The notes under the pieces were generated by a model that ran no database searches, was not told where the DNA came from, and saw only the letters and a program-made list of their open reading frames with translations. A program made the translations under genes and the position numbers. A DNA stretch of 63,873 nucleotides, filler included, from Octopus bimaculoides (taxonomy: Eukaryota), in assembly GCF_001194135.2 (NCBI RefSeq). It is 7 parts of 7 records of this genome, joined end to end, with 100 filler letters (N's around TTAATTAATTAA, not from the genome) between each part and the next. Parts side by side here need not be neighbours in the genome. Positions count along the whole stretch, not along the records: positions 1 to 20,598 come from NC_069005.1; positions 20,699 to 25,313 come from NC_068988.1; 5 more parts are not named here. One strand, 5' to 3'. Each line of letters begins with the position of its first letter. The first letter of the stretch is position 1. Positions 11,663 to 23,721 of the stretch are shown piece after piece.

Positions 11663-11734
11663 TTAAGGAAGGTTATGAAATTGCTTTTTTTTTTTTTGTC
11701 ATTTCTTTGAATTCATTACCAGATTGATGTAAAC

Positions 11735-11972
11735 CAGTGATTCCCAACCTTTTTTTTTGCCTACAGAACCCCTTTGATTTGTTTCACTTGGGCAAACCCC
11801 CATAGCCATTGAACGATTAAAAAATCCCCAAAATTCTTTTATATTTTTATAAGTAGCTATTATTAGGAATTATATATATAAAAAAAAATTTCATATTTTG
11901 TGTATTGTAGAATAAGCAATTTTAACACAAAAATCTTATATGAGCCACATGAACCCCAGTTGGTGTTCACTG
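11735..11972. mobile_element. hAT (Charlie-like) MITE
   Basis: TIRs CAGTGATTCCCAAC / GTTGGTGTTCACTG; perfect 8-bp TSD ATGTAAAC at 11727-11734 and 11973-11980. Confidence 0.8.
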
Positions 11973-12033
11973 ATGTAAACAATATAATTTAATTATCCAA
12001 TAGACACCAGAAGCAGTATTAAATTAAAATAAC

Positions 12034-12372
12034 CATCTATGTATCATACTCAATGCACATACACCAATGATAAGCCAGTTACTGCGGTGTTTGTCCTGAG
12101 ATAATATCCATTGTGGATGTGATACATTCTTAAAGGGTGTTATCTTAGGATGAATACTGTAGTAATTGGTCCATCATAGTATAGAGCAGGGTCTAATCTA
12201 ACCCTGAATGATGGAGACCACCATTGCAATATCTGCAACCACAGATCATTCTGAATTCCTATATTATATAACATGGCAAAACACTGAACCAAGAACACTG
12301 AGCAGCTGTGTCCTGTGAAACACTCATTTGTCAAACCAAGACAGTCCAATACAATACAATGATACATAGATG
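12034..12372. mobile_element. Possible MITE with 14-bp terminal inverted repeat
   Basis: CATCTATGTATCAT at 12034-12047 and ATGATACATAGATG at 12359-12372. Confidence 0.4.
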
Positions 12373-13019
12373 ACTATTTTGTATGTAATTAATTAATTGA
12401 TTATTAACTATAGTTAATTACATTCTTTAGAGGTTGATTTACATTTTATTTAAAATTTTGCAGTTGGAAATATTTTTTTCTTTTTGAAATTATTGTTTAG
12501 AAATAAAATCTTTTAAGAATTCATCAAGATTCTAGGAGGTATTGAAAGATGAAATTAACATACAACTTCCAAATATGGGTAATTCGCTAAATGTATGTCA
12601 ATGCATGTGTTGAGGGGGTGAATGGAATGTGTGTGTGTGTGTGTGTAAGTATAAATATGCATCAACTTCCAGAACTGTGTGTATGTGCATGTCTATATAC
12701 ATGTAAATAATGTACATCACCATGAAAACCAGTGCTTTACAAATGTAGTGCCTTTGTAATATTAGTTCTGCATATCAGATTAGCCACTCTCTTGGTTGGA
12801 CTGATCCCCATTAAGTGGATTGGTGATTGGCGCATTCAAAACCGATGAGCAAATAAGGATATAAAAATAGAAATAAACAAAATAAGCTTTTGGACCTGAA
12901 AGCTGGATGCTCTTTCTGTTACAAACAGAACCAACCTCTCTTAACCACTCTAACGAGCTAAAAGTTCATAAGTACATCCACATGCACTTATGTGAGTATT
13001 GCATGAATAGTATAGGAGC

Positions 13020-13163
13020 AGGTATGGGCTGTGTGGTTAAGAAGCTCACTTTGCAACCATGTGGTGTCAAGTTCAGTCCCACTGCATGGTACCTTCTACT
13101 ATAGCTGTGGACCAACAAATGTCTTGTGAGTGAATTTGGTTGACAGAAACTGTGTGGAAGTCT

Positions 13164-13205
<42 letters not shown>
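13020..13205 (+). mobile_element. SINE family 1 head and central part ending in (TG)n
   Basis: GGGCTGTGTGGTTAAGAAGCT...GTTCAGTCCCACTGC...GAGTGAATTTGG...AGAAACTG, then (TG)n. Confidence 0.75.
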
Positions 13206-13210
<5 letters not shown>

Positions 13211-14874
13211 ATATATAAATGTAATAAAATGAATGGTTTACATTTGGTAGCTTACGGGTAAAGCACGGTCACTTTCATGGTGTTTGTTATGTATATGATA
13301 AATGAAAGATGGCATATAAGAATTTATTATTAATCACAATAACTGTTTCGATACATCCATCTAGCATTGATCCCTCATGGGTGGGACACTTAACAACTGG
13401 TTCAGGAGCATTTGACAGTCGCAGATGTGTCTCAGCAGGTGATAAGCCTCTCTCCTGTTATTATTGTTTTGTCTCTTTCCCATCACAACTCCTTTATAAT
13501 GATGGGAGGATGGCATTAGATTTGTCTGTATTCACATTCTCCCTGCCATCACCCTTCTTTATTGCTAGTTACTCTGTCTTTCTCTCTGCCATTACCCCAC
13601 CATCAACACTGGGCAGGAGACATTTTGATACTGCTGACCAGTGCCATCTTAAGGCACAGGCTCACTGGGCAGTTGCCCAATCTGTGGATCTTGTGGTTTG
13701 CTGTCAGTAAATACAATAGAACCTAGAGTAATGATTTGTCTAGGGGACTATAACAGCTCAGCTGTCAGATGTTCTTGTTTCTCTAGGTCTTTCTCCTTCC
13801 TCTCTTTTTATGTGTGTGAGCATATTTCTGTCAAAGTATATGAGGACAGGAGAAAGCATTTACGTCAATTGTGTTCAGTTAATAAATTGCAATTTCTCTC
13901 TCCCCCACTCTTCCTATCTGTATGTGTTTATTTCTGTATGTATGTGCATGTTTGTGTATGTGCAATTGCCTCGAACACCAAAAAGTACCATCAACAAAAC
14001 AATTGGACACAGTTATCCAGTCAGCCATACCCATCCATCTCATTCTGTCCCCACTGCTGCCACTCATTACACTGTGTAACAAAATTAAAAATCTTTTAAA
14101 TCTTTGTTCAGTAAGTGTTATTTCCTATTTGCTTCCGTCTAGAAATGAAAGGAAATCACTACTATTCCCTTCAAACTCTGCTTTTGTGTCCTGGACATAA
14201 ATGTTTTGAAGCTGACCAATTTTCCATTACATTTCAGACAGATTCAGCATTGAGTTGCTGAAGCAGAAATATCATTATAACAAATATTCTGCTCAATACC
14301 ACAGATCTGCCTGTCAGTTGTTGGATCTTAACCACTTGAGCATGTCCCTTAGTGGCTGACAATATGTGCATCTCTGATGATGAGCAGGACTAATCGGGGG
14401 GGGGGGGGCGGCTTCATAACCATATGTTAAGAGGAATTGTTTGGGGTTTGAATAAATGTAAGAAATGCAAAGTTTGAAGGAAATATTAGCCATTTTTCAT
14501 ACTGTCTTAGGGCTAAGCAAATAGGAAATAACAGTTGCTACCCAAGGACAAAAATCATATTAGACATTGTGATTAACATCCATCCTTTTCTCTCGTTATT
14601 GCTATCTATCACATTCTCATTCCTTCTCTCTCACCACAACTTCCTCTTTTATCACTCGTTTATCATCATTTTCCTTCCATCACTCTGCTAATCTTCTCTT
14701 CAATTCAGTCTCATCAACAACAGGCGTGTAGCTTTATATCCACCATGACTACTGCTGTCACCACCACTTCTCTCATTATATACTACTGTCTCACCCTCTT
14801 CCTTCTATCATTCCATTCACCCTGAGTTGTATTGCAGTGAATGAATGCATGGGAATATCATAAGATTGAGAGGA

Positions 14875-15185
14875 CTTTCTAGCCGTAACTGGAACTCCAT
14901 CAGCTATGACAGCAACAGTTCCAGTTGATCTGATCAATAAAACAGCCTGCGTGCGAAATTAACATGTAAGTGGCTGAGCACTCCACAGACACACATACTC
15001 TTAACGTAGTTCTCAGGCAGATTCAGTGTGACACTGAATGTGACAAGGCTGGCTCTTTGAATTACAGGTACAACTCATTGTTTGCCAGCTGGAGCAACAT
15101 GAAATAAAGTGTCTTGATCAAGAACAACAATGCATCATCAGGATTCAAATTCATGACCATAAGCCTAATACCCTCACCACATGCT
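14875..15185 (-). mobile_element. SINE family 4 (tRNA-like head, central CTTGA.CAAGACACTTTATTTC...TGCTCCAG domain); related copy ~27200-27420
   Basis: Minus strand reads head ..GAATTTGAATCC.. then TTGATCAAGACACTTTATTTCATGTTGCTCCAGC...AATGAGTTGTACC, resembling conserved SINE central domains. Confidence 0.55.
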
Positions 15186-15542
15186 TCTAGTCTTTCCCAG
15201 TAGAAGACAACCCCTCTAGTACATTCCATACCCAGTACATTCTGCAAAGCAGATGGTGCTAAAAAGAGCATCAAGCTGTAGAAACCACAGCAAAAATAGA
15301 ATGAGATAGGGCCAACCTGACTAGGAAAGGAGTAACTTTGAGTCACTGTGACCCAGGTCAGTTTTTATTCATTCAGCCCACACCAGCAATGAAAAGAGGA
15401 CGAAAATTGATAATGATGATGGTACTCTGAGTGTGTGTGTGTGTGTGTGTGTGAATATGTACATATATGGATTAAAAAAAAAACTAAAAAATTCTTTTAA
15501 AAACTGCCTGACATCCCTGACAATAATGTACAGCAACATTTA

Positions 15543-15548
15543 TTTATT
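15543..15548 (-). terminator. Candidate polyadenylation signal (overlapping AATAAA x2) of the terminal exon
   Basis: Minus strand CAATAAATAAATG about 43-52 nt after the TAA stop; AT-rich context makes a chance match possible. Confidence 0.3.
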
Positions 15549-15590
15549 GACAAAAGCCTCATACAAAAACTCTTTTACATCAGACACATT

Positions 15591-17206
15591 TTACATGGTG
15601 CTGTAAAATGATGGATTTTGGGAATATTGACGACTTTCAAGTTTAGATAATGGATGTGTCTTGCCTTGCAGCTTACGGACTTTACGACTTTCCTGTAAGG
15701 CACTCGGACTCAACGTGGGAATTCTCCATCCAGCAGAAGTGGAAGAAGAGGAGGAGGAGGAGGACAAAGGAAATGCACAAGAGACGGAGGAAGTGGAAGT
15801 TACAGTGGATGTAGGTGATGATATTGCTGTTGTTGTTGTTATTGTTGCTGCCGCCGCTGCTGCTGCTGCTGTGGTGGTGGTGGTGGTGGTGGTGGTGATG
15901 GTTGTTTGCAATGGTGATGTAGAGGGAGCGATGTGTGTTAATGAAGATGAAGGATCCCCCAGATTTGGTTGACTGCCACAGCTGCTGGCATCAACAGGCT
16001 TAGCACCACTTAGCACATTGGCAATTGGCAAGTTTTTCTCAGAAGCTGCAGATAAATCTGAAATGGCAGTTGGTGCAGCAGAAGAAGATGAAGAAGAAAG
16101 CAATTGGTTCCTTGTGCTAACGGTAGCACTATGAGGCAACGGAAGACCTACAGGCTGTGTTGAAGAGTTACATTTAACAGTGGATTCACTTTCACTTTGA
16201 GATGATTGGAACTGACTTCCTCTGCCAGCTGTACAATGTGAACTCATTGCTGTTGTTACTGGCTCAAAAGGCTCCACTGCAGCCTTATCTGTTTCTGATT
16301 TATGCTGTATAGCAGTGCTACCAGCAGGTTCACTGGTTAAGTTGGAATCAAACTTCCCAATCAGATCACGAACGATCTTGTTCCCTTTACCTGAGCCGTC
16401 TGCTGTAACATCGGATAAAGTTGATTCGTCTAAACTTTTAGTTTTTAAAAACTGGTTTTTTTCAAGTTCAGCAGTTCGTTCCGGAATGGTTAAATTAATA
16501 TCTAATGTTGAAGTACAGATGTTTTCAGACAGCTGAGCTTCTCTTGCAAATACTGCAACATTGCTACTTATTTGCTGTTGTTCGGTCGCTAGCGTTTTTA
16601 CAGACGAAGTTTGGGGAAGAGGTGTGGTATCCAAATTGCTGGACGGAAAACTAGCTTGTCTTGTAATAGTAGAGGCATCATTTTCAGAGTGTTTGGGCTG
16701 AAGCTCCTCAGTTTGTTTCTCAGTTTCTTTGCTAAATTTAGATAAGGATTCAGTGAAAAGTGAAGAGGTTTTTGTTGAATGAGGTAATGCTGTATCGACA
16801 CTTTCGGCATTTGTTTGCGGTTTCTTTGGAAGTTCTTGCGATTCTCTGTTTATCAGAATTTTTGGAGATACTTTATGCTGCTTAGATAAAGGTGATTTGC
16901 CTTCCTCTGATTCCACTTTAGTTTTATTGCCAGAAAAGGACTGCAAATGGGCTACAGAGACAGATGGAGTTGAGGAGGTGGCTGAATTGTAAGTAGTGTC
17001 TTCAACTGAAGCAGTCTTTCCTATCAAGTTCAATGTTTCAGTTCTCACAGCTGGGGCACTGCATGGAACACTGCTATTTGTAACAGTCACTCCTTGTTGT
17101 GTACCAATTACATGAGAATCTGCAGTTTGGTCTATTCTCTGTGGAACTACCAGCAACCTGTCTTGGCATGGCAAGTCATCATCTTCTTTGCCTAAAGTCT
17201 CAAAGT
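15591..17206 (-). CDS. ssh: Terminal coding exon of a large Ser/Thr-rich protein, probably protein phosphatase Slingshot (C-terminal disordered region)
   Basis: 527-aa stop-free frame in otherwise stop-dense DNA. Polypyrimidine tract plus CTAG acceptor (TTCTTTTTTCTTTTTCTTTTCTAG) at 17207-17230, phase 1, reading (D)FETLGKEDDDLPCQD... TAA stop at 15593-15591. C-terminus QGKTHPLSKLESRQYSQNPSFYSTM resembles my recollection of the vertebrate SSH2 terminus (HPL..L...NPFYNTM). The name rests on that recalled motif only; the phosphatase domain is not in the window. Confidence 0.65.
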
Positions 17207-17601
17207 CTAGAAAAGAAAAAGAAAAAAGAATTTTTAATTTTCTGGGTGTTGTGTTGTGTTAAAAATAGAATATAATATACCCAGGATATAATTTATAGTT
17301 TTGTAACCTTATTCTCTAGATAAGAGTGGAGATACATGGCTTTCTTTCTCCAGATGTATATCTGATAATATTAAAGTCAATGAACCAGGCTACAGTAATC
17401 ACATCTATTCAAAACAAGAGTTCATGCACAGATATGTGTTTTCACATGACATTGTCAGCGTACCAGGGAGGACATACCAAGACATTGTCCTAAGGAAGTT
17501 GTATTAAAATAGTCAATGTTATAGGGAAGCTATGTTATGACAATGTCAGAAAGTTCTAAAGTGACTGTGCTATGACATTGACAAATGTTTTTAAAATTCT
17601 A

Positions 17602-17815
17602 CGAGACGATGCTGAAAAGTTCCTGGCTTTGGGTAAAAGAAAATACAGGAGGATCAGTTTAATTATGATTTTATTGAACATATTCCCCTCTCAGATTCAC
17701 ACACTTATTGCAGTGGTCCTTCAGTTTTTCTAAGCCCTGTAAACTTGAAAGTTTGGGCATCCAACCAGGCCTCATATGATACCCTTAAAACCAGGAACTT
17801 TTCAGCATCCCCTCG
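17602..17815. mobile_element. mariner-derived MITE (214 bp) with TA TSD
   Basis: TA|CGAGACGATGCTGAAAAGTTCCTGG ... CCAGGAACTTTTCAGCATCCCCTCG|TA. Confidence 0.9.
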
Positions 17816-17864
17816 TAAATTGGAATGATTTTGTAAATGTCTTCCTCTAACAGGAGTGAAACTT

Positions 17865-18355
17865 AGTCAGAATTCTGGTTTAAGCATCCCATATAACCCC
17901 TCACAACTTTTTCATTTTTTGAAATTTTCAGGAAAATTTTGTGAATTTCTGTCCTAAACACAGGAATTCATACAATTATGGAAAAAAAAATCTGTTGTTT
18001 TTAGCACATCTCATGACACCTGATACTTATCTCATTTCGCTGTTACTCTGACATGAATTGATCTTTTTCAATATTTTTCTCCCCATAAACACATTTAATG
18101 GATTGATGATATACCCAAAAGTGCTTCATTGCTGGGATTTAAGCAAAAAAATTCAGACTGTATAAAAAAAAAAGTCGAAAAAGAGTGGAACTTTTAGGAT
18201 TTCTAAGGGGGGAGGAGGGGTTTTAAAGGTTGAAAAAATTTTTTTTTATATAATTGTATGAATTCCCATGTAGAGAACAGAAATTTGCAAAAATTTTCTG
18301 AAAATCTCCCACAATAAAAAAGTTATAAAGGGTTAGGCTTAGACCAGAATTCTGC
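17865..18355. mobile_element. hAT-like MITE with long imperfect TIRs
   Basis: CAGAATTCTGGT.TAAGC at both ends inverted, similarity continuing ~130 bp inward (GAATTCATACAATTAT); flanking direct repeat TGAAACTT at 17857-17864 and 18356-18363. Confidence 0.7.
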
Positions 18356-18454
18356 TGAAACTTGAAATGTTATAGAAGAAAATACGAGTTGTGAGACTAA
18401 ATTTTAATTTGTGATACACAAATGAAAAGAAATGAACCTCAAATCTTAAATAGT

Positions 18455-18760
18455 GTGGCTGTGTGGTAAAAAGTTTGCTTCCCAACCACATATTTCTGGG
18501 TTCAGTCTTAGGCAAGTGTCTTCTACTATAGCCTTAGGCCAACCAAAGCTTTGTGAGTGGATTTGGTAAACAGAAACTGAAAGAAACTCATTATGTCTGT
18601 GTGTGTGTATCATCATCTTCCATGCATGCTTGCGTAGGACAGTTGACAGGGATTTTACGGCTGGATGCCCTTCCTAATACCAACCACTCAGCAGAGTGGA
18701 CTCAGTGCTTTTTACATGGCACCAGCAGAAGCAAGGTTAATTTTGGCATGATTTTTACAG
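18455..18760. mobile_element. SINE family 1 head (+) abutting a SINE family 2 copy (-)
   Basis: GTGTGGCTGTGTGGTAAAAAG...GAAACTGAAAGAA to ~18605, then CATCATCATC..CCATGC...CTGGATGCCCTTCCTAA. Confidence 0.7.
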
Positions 18761-19189
18761 CTGGAGGGAGAGAGAGACAGAAATAGGTGTCTTGCTATAA
18801 CAGAAGGGGCATTAGAGGAGGTGATCCAGTATCAGATGATGAAAGGTTAGAGTGTAACAGATAAAGAGAGAGGCAGAAATAGGTGTCTTGTTATAGAGGA
18901 AGTACATGTTTACCCCGTGAGAGAGAGGGAGAGAGAGGTATAAGAAAGAGGCTAGAAACAAGTGTGCTTATGTAAAGGAGATACTTGGTTACCAAGTTAG
19001 AGGAAAAACAAGAGAAGGAAAGAGAGAGTAGGAAACAGCAAAAGTGGAAGAGAGAGAGAGAGAGCAGAAGAGAGATGGTTAGGGTTAGGGGATACTCACA
19101 AGTAACAAGGATCTGAGTATAGAACCTGGGTAGAAAAATAGGGTGTGGGTGGTGGGAGTAGCAGCGATACGCGAGCAGGGCTGTGACAC

Positions 19190-19830
19190 ATAAAAGGCAC
19201 CTTTGCTGATGACATGTAAAAGACACCCATTACACTCTTGGAGTAGTTGGCATTAGGAAGGGCATCCGGCCATAGAAATCATGCCAAAACAGACTAGACC
19301 CTGGCTCCAAGCTCTCTGGCTTACCAGTTCCAGTCAAATCATCCAACCCATGCCAGCATGGAAAACAGATGTTAAATGATGACGACGATATATGTGTGTG
19401 TGTGTGTGTGTCTTTGTGTCTGTCCACCTTCCACCACTTGACAGCCAGTGTTGGTGTGTTTATGTCCCTATAACTTAGTAGTTCAGCAAAAGAACTGATA
19501 GAATAAGTATGAGGCCTAAAAAATGAAAATACATATTGGCATCAATTAATTCAACTAAAAATTCATCAAGGCGATGCCCCAGCATTGGCGATTGACAAGT
19601 CCCTTAACCCCTTGGGGGCTGGGGGGCTGCAGCCATGCAGCGTATCTAGGGTGAGAAAGCCTGGTGAAGCCCATCTGTCTCCAAGATAAACTCATTCCTA
19701 CAGCTGAGAGGACTGGAGCTACAAGAAGTGTTTTGCTCAAGAACACAACAGATTGCCCAGTCCAACACCTTAACCACTAAGCAATGTGCCTCCATGCATA
19801 GCCACAGTCTAATGACTGAAACAAGTAAAA
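19190..19830 (+). mobile_element. SINE cluster: family 2 copy (19190-19390) then family 1 3' domain interrupted by another fragment (~19587-19795)
   Basis: Family 1 consensus CCAGCATGGCCACAGTC is split into CCAGCAT (~19580) and AGCCACAGTC (~19800). Confidence 0.6.
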
Positions 19831-20194
19831 TGTAAATGAAAGCCGTTTCTAAGGTGCAAAGCTGGTAGAATCGTTAGAGCATTGGAATATATGCATTGCC
19901 ATTTTCCATCCAGCTCTTTATGCTCTGGCTTCAAATTCCACCAGATCAACTCCGCACTTCTCCCAAGATTCCTAGCCTTGTATCTTAGAATACAAACCTT
20001 GCAGGCAAGGCTGTGTGGTAAGAAGCCTGTCATATATATAGGCACAGACTTGGCTGTATGCTGTGTGATAAGAAACTTGCTTATCAACCACATAGTTCTG
20101 AGTTCAGTCCCACTGGATGGCATCTTCTATTATAGTCTTGAGCTGACTAAAGCCTTGTGAGTGAATTTGTTAGATGAAAACTGAAAGAATCCTG

Positions 20195-20237
<43 letters not shown>

Positions 20238-20547
20238 TTTTGACAGCCAAAAATGTGAGAATTTTCTCCTGAAGAAAAGGTCATTACCTTTTATTATACA
20301 TTAATTTAATCCATATATTTATCTTCACTTCTCTTGTGGTATCCTTTTAGGTTTTATCATCTTCTATTCATATACATGTGCATATTTTATACTATTGGGT
20401 TTTACCATTGGTGGTCCTGATGTTTTAATACATAGTTCTGTTCTATTTATGATAATATGGGAATGTTATAAAGTTGCTTTGACCAATTGGAATGTTTATT
20501 CATTATACCTTTCAATTTATATATATGCATATATATATATAAATGTA

Positions 20548-20598
<51 letters not shown>

Positions 20599-20698
20599 NN
20601 NNNNNNNNNNNNNNNNNNNNNNNNNNNNNNNNNNNNNNNNNNTTAATTAATTAANNNNNNNNNNNNNNNNNNNNNNNNNNNNNNNNNNNNNNNNNNNN
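20599..20698. other. Artificial scaffold linker 1 (44N-TTAATTAATTAA-44N)
   Basis: Exact 100-bp structure with stop codons in all six frames; identical at six positions. Confidence 0.97.
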
Positions 20699-20795
20699 AG
20701 GTCAATATTTTTAAACAAGTGAAAACTTTATTTAATGGAATAAAGGATATTTTTGCACTTACATTATTATTAATATTATGATTATTATTATTATG

Positions 20796-20858
<63 letters not shown>

Positions 20859-20859
20859 A

Positions 20860-21035
20860 ATATTATATGCTATATTACTTAACAGGAATGTTATTTTGAA
20901 GACCGGTGACAAGTCTCCTCAAACATGGAGAATCTTTCTTCGGATCCTCACAGAATAGAAGATTGCACTTTTTTTCTGCAGGTCGGCCATACTGAGTCTG
21001 GGTTCCAATATCTTTTTCAGCCTCTTATGTAGCAG
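20860..21035 (-). mobile_element. R4/Dong-like (RLE-clade) non-LTR retrotransposon 3' end followed by (AAT)n
   Basis: LKKILEPRLSMADLQKKSAIFYSVRIRRKILHV* matches the RLE C-terminal LQK....S.RI.RK.L pattern; ~60-nt 3' UTR, then (AAT)n at ~20765-20858. Confidence 0.6.
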
Positions 21036-21098
21036 TTTCCTGTTGCCATTGTTGTTGTTATTTTCATCATCATCATCATCCTCACCACCACCACCACC

Positions 21099-21132
<34 letters not shown>

Positions 21133-23339
21133 TCATTATGGGCGATGAATTGGGGGGATCGTGAGATCATCGGACCACATGTCTTGCATTATCTGTTCTG
21201 GTTTTTGTGTCACCGAGTTCCACGTTTCCTTTCATCCATTCGGGGTCGATAAAGTAAAGTACCAACCAGTATTTTAATATTTTCTTTTTTCTTTCGCCGT
21301 ATTAATTCCCAGGCGATAACAGGGGTGGTTCAACGATGAAATTACATTGAAATTACAATGAAAAGAAATTGCATTAACACAGCAAAACAGATTCCAAGCA
21401 GAAAAAAAAATCTAAACATTTATAAACACACAAACTTACAAACTAAAAATACACAGAAATACATACATACACAGCACACTCAAATGCACTGACGTATGCG
21501 AGTGTGTGTATGTGTTTGCGCGCGCGCGCGTATATGTCTATGGTTGGAGACAAACAGATTGACAAACCTTCAGATAGAAAAAAAATATAAATTTTCTTAT
21601 GGTTTAATATCAACGTGTATGACCAAATTCTATTTTTATAATTCTTAATAAACATGCAGACTATTTACAACTGTTTCACACCCAAATGGCACCCATTTTT
21701 AAAATATATTCTAAACAACCTGTTTTTTCGTTCAAAAACTAAGGATTTTTCATGCATTTCTTTTAAATAGAAGCAACAGAGATTTATTTTATATCCTTAT
21801 ATCAAGCGTTTTTTCCGTCCGTTATCTTTTAATATCATAAACAAAGTGACATGGAGACTCTATCATAATCAGCGAACCTTAAAAGCTTAAGTAACTGATA
21901 CTTTTCCTCATCTCCAAACAGTTTGTTCTTTCGAATGGAATTTGGGACCGGAATGATTTTGATTTTTATGTTTACATTTATTTGATTTCTATTTAAAGTA
22001 TTCCCCCCCCCCCGCTCCCCGCAACGAAACCTATTATGAGGCGACTTTGAAGCTGACACAAATAAACAAATAACATGCTAACCTAAGGCTTTTGCTAAAT
22101 TAGTCTTGCTCTGAATTTCAACAGGTTGCTTTACAAACTTCTGTTGTCGAGAAATAAATTTAAACAGCGAACATTATTAAAAAATAAAATAATAGGGACG
22201 ACATCACTTCAAAAAGAAAACCACCCACAGCATCCGCTGCCAGTTCTCTTATAGTATGATGAATTGCTCTTATTCAGCAAGTTCCAGACAAGCCGAACCG
22301 CTTATATATTTGTTCTAAAATAATTTGTTGAAGTCTCTCTTTTGAAATGTAACTTTTATTTTATTTCGAAGATTTCTTCCTTAATTTTTTAAACTTTTTA
22401 CCGCAATGGATTGTGGTGGATTGGCAGAATCACGAAGGAGATGAACAGTATTTGGTGGTGTTTAGATATGGCTCTTTACGTTGAGATTTGAACTCCCGTT
22501 GACGTTGGCTTTGTTCTTTCGATCTCCGACGAATAAGGTATTGAATTTTTTTTTTTTCATTTAAGTTTGTGTTATCATCTTTAAATGCAGTGAGCATCGA
22601 AAATAATTGTGCTGTGAGGAAATGAGTAATATTGCTTTGAATATCGTGAGGTACGGGAGACAACTCTTGACATATTTCGAGCTTATTCGATCTCCTCAGC
22701 GAAAACGTTTCACGGTATTTGCCCTGAAGTAGGGATGAAAGAAGATAATATATGATAGAAGTTGATGCATGATTTCGGGGGGATTGTGGCGCAGGAGACA
22801 TCGCCACTGAAATGGCAGATGAAGCAGAAGAACTCACTATGGTCAGTAGTTCAGAAGACAAGGCAGCAAGATGTTTAGTGCACCTAGGACACACTCTTGA
22901 TGGCATACAGACTTGTGAGCAACATCTGTGGAAGGGATTGGGAACACATGGACATTACTGTACCTATAGTAAGCCATGAATGTTTAACTGCTCGAAGTGT
23001 GATCGTTGATATTCAATCTGCTGAGAGTAGATGACACACCTACGAACAGGAAAAGTCAGAGAGGGGAAGATAGTCACTCTGGCCGATTAGTCTTTCCAGA
23101 ATCTCCGATGTTGTTGTGGGGTGAGGAAAAAGTTATCATAAAACCGAATGCTTTCAACAGAGAAAGCTCTGCTAAAATCTCCCAAGGATCAGACAGTGGG
23201 ATCAAACCAAACCACGGAATCAGTCTACCATCAAAGCTCCTAATGACGAACAGAAACATCTGTAAGTCAATAATGTAAGAAAAAAAAGAAAAGAACCGAA
23301 CCAGGATTTGGTCATGATTCTTGCAACAGAGTTAGCGTC

Positions 23340-23540
23340 GAAGGCCATGTGGTGGTGAAAACCTTAAGAGTGGGGTTTAGCTGATTACGTCAACCATAGC
23401 AGTGGTGTTTTATTTTATAAATTCAGGAAGGATTAAAGACAAAGTTTATCTCAGCAAGATTTGAACTCAGAACGTTAAAGGACGTAACTAGATACCACAA
23501 GGCATTTTGTCCGAGGCTCTTATGATTCAGCCAATTTGTC
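23340..23540 (-). mobile_element. SINE family 3 copy, decayed
   Basis: Reverse complement of TTCTGAGTTCAAAT...CTTT.ATCCTT...; matches 33492-33706. Confidence 0.6.
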
Positions 23541-23677
23541 ACTCTTATGTATTTAATCCATTTTTATGTCATACCATTCCAAATAATCCGTTTGCGCTCA
23601 TGTTTAGGAGGAGTGGGGAGAGGAACGGAATTAAAGAGAGTGATTGATAGAGATTTGGAGAGCAACAGAAAAAGAGG

Positions 23678-23721
<44 letters not shown>

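Noticed and set aside
15661-16810. Short ORFs at 15661-15972, 16315-16536 and 16598-16810
   Set aside because: Antisense or alternate-frame shadows of the 15591-17206 exon.
20643-20654. TTAATTAATTAA as a biological motif (homeodomain or PacI-like site)
   Set aside because: Always centred in exactly 44+44 N; it is an assembly linker.
22430-22906. 158-aa minus-strand ORF as an LRR protein (CQELSPVPHDIQSNITHF resembles an LRR N-cap)
   Set aside because: No following LxxLxLxxN repeats and no convincing splice sites.
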